From positions 73,780,001 through 73,844,000 of the forward strand of contig NC_042999.1 of assembly GCF_006345805.1 (NCBI RefSeq): a DNA stretch of 64,000 nt, read 5' to 3'. This DNA comes from Octopus sinensis (taxonomy: Eukaryota). This document shows positions 62,643 through 64,000 of the stretch, one piece after another. The notes below the pieces were generated by a model. That model was not told the DNA's origin, did no database searches, and saw only the letters and a program-made list of their open reading frames with translations. Positions within the stretch are counted from its first letter, which is position 1; every line of letters begins with the position of its first letter. The translations under genes were made by a program, and so were the position numbers.

Positions 62643-63395
62643 CACTGAAGGAAAAAATAGAATCAACCATATCTCAAAGCTATCTTACTTCAGTATTTAG
62701 TTACTATTTCTTAAAGCTGTTAATAGCACCTACAACATTTGGTTCTTTTTTATGCATGTTATTATTTTAATATATTAAAATTTTTTCAAACCAAGACACC
62801 TGTTTCTTTGTCTTGCAAATTCCTTGGTGCATCTGCTGGTGCTTGTGCCACATAAAAGGCATCCAGTCCACACAGTAAAGTGGTTGGTATTTGGAAAGGC
62901 ATCTAGCTGAAAAAAAACATGGTAAAGCAGATCTCACTGATGCTGGTGCCATGTAAAAAGCACTCAGGCCCTTTTAAAAGGAAACGCATCTAGCTGCATA
63001 ATCCATGCCAAAACAGACAGTAGAGCTTGGTGCAGTCCTCTGGGTTGCCAACTCTGGCCAAACTGTTGAACCCATGTCAGCATCAGAAACATGTTGAATG
63101 CAGATGATGATTCATTTGACTTTTAGACTCCATTCACAATTTATGTCTGATTTGTAGACTTAAATAAATATTCTCTTGATTATATGTAAGACATTTACTT
63201 TATAAAACAATGTTCAAGTTTACATTATGCTGATGGTATCCAGTCCAACCTGTTTCAAAAGCCATGATGTGTCAATATTCATCAATTCTGAATAATTTTA
63301 TGTTTTTTACATAAAACCAGAGCCTAACTGTGTTTTTCTGCCTTTCTGGACTGTTATCTTTTATCTATGTGCATATTCTTTTTTGTTTATTGCAG

Positions 63396-63536
63396 CTCTC
63401 AGTTTTGATTTGATCTACTGCATTTAGATTTCCCATTTAGAACCACAGCTTGATTATATCACCATAAAAGTATGACAGGTTCTTCGAGAAAGCGGAACAC
63501 CCACATAATTGTTTTCCAGCCAATCAGTACCAGCTG
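63396..63536 (+). CDS. Candidate plus-strand exon with a start codon (MTGSSRKRNTHIIVFQPISTS...), unidentified
   Basis: ttttttgtttattgcag acceptor, ATG at 63472 with an in-frame upstream stop, CTG|gtatgt donor. No homology recognised. Confidence 0.25.
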
Positions 63537-63671
63537 GTATGTATCAGTCAACAGCAGCAAACCATAAAGAAACATTACGTATACTTCCTGCCAAATTATA
63601 TTTCAAAGGTTCTTGCCCAGGGTTATAAAAGTTGGTGATTTGAACTCCTGAGCAGAGCCAACTCAAATTCC

Positions 63672-63740
63672 TCACAGAACCATGTCACTTTGTTCTGCAA
63701 GATGTTCTTTCATCACCTTTAACTTGTCATATAATATATG
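63672..63740 (-). CDS. Alternative candidate: minus-strand terminal exon (HILYDKLKVMKEHLAEQSDMVL*), unidentified
   Basis: tattttcag acceptor at 63742-63741, TGA at 63674-63672, AATAAA at 63391-63386. No homology recognised. Confidence 0.25.
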   Translation of the reverse strand, partial: HILYDKLKVMKEHLAEQSDMVL

Positions 63741-63892
63741 CTGAAAATACATGTTTGATGTGGTAAAATTAAACTTGTGTTTAATGTTGACATACATGCA
63801 TCTAGCTTTATTTTCTGTTCTTCCTATAGTAATAATGGATACATGTCTCATAACAGATTTAACTGGAACATTCTCTTTATCTTACATATTGT

Positions 63893-64000
63893 AGCGCTAA
63901 GAGTACCATACAAGTGAGATCGTTGCCAGAGCAACAAGCTGGCCTTCGTGCCGATGGCACGTTAAATACACCATTTGAGCGTGATCGTTACTGCGTTACC
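63893..64000 (+). mobile_element. Young RTE 3'UTR fragment running off the window end
   Basis: aagtgagatcgttgcc...ggcacgttaaatacaccatttgagcgtg; similar to 48420-48660 but CpG-intact. Confidence 0.65.

Noticed and set aside
1-64000. CRISPR arrays, rRNA, or prokaryotic/organellar inserts
   Set aside because: No regularly spaced repeat-spacer array, rRNA-like segment or gene-dense block was seen; the window is spliceosomal eukaryotic DNA.

Overview
AT-rich, repeat-dense eukaryotic DNA. The SINE, RTE and microsatellite mix suggests an octopus or other coleoid cephalopod; this is inference, no search was run. The one protein-coding gene I can reconstruct is PDCD10/CCM3 on the minus strand: seven coding exons between 36578 and 14476 give a 630-nt CDS and 209 aa with all GT-AG junctions in phase, and the ORF track largely misses it. 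A CpG-retaining, TE-poor domain at about 52.8-59.9 kb probably holds its promoter. The rest is mostly transposon-derived: a full-length decayed DD37D (maT) element, a pogo remnant, a canonical Helitron, several MITE families, RTE and CR1 LINE fragments and many SINEs. The most unusual signal is a set of hammerhead-ribozyme (HHR) motifs from several unrelated repeat families. These include a retrozyme-like direct repeat with two decayed type-I hammerheads exactly 450 nt apart (30.4-31.0 kb), and a tRNA-headed, Penelope-like HHR element folded into a 220-bp inverted repeat inside a PDCD10 intron (27.6-28.1 kb). A second oddity is a MITE cluster whose junctions all fall on the same internal 8-bp site (56.9-58.1 kb). 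Coordinates were counted by hand; boundaries of old repeats are approximate.
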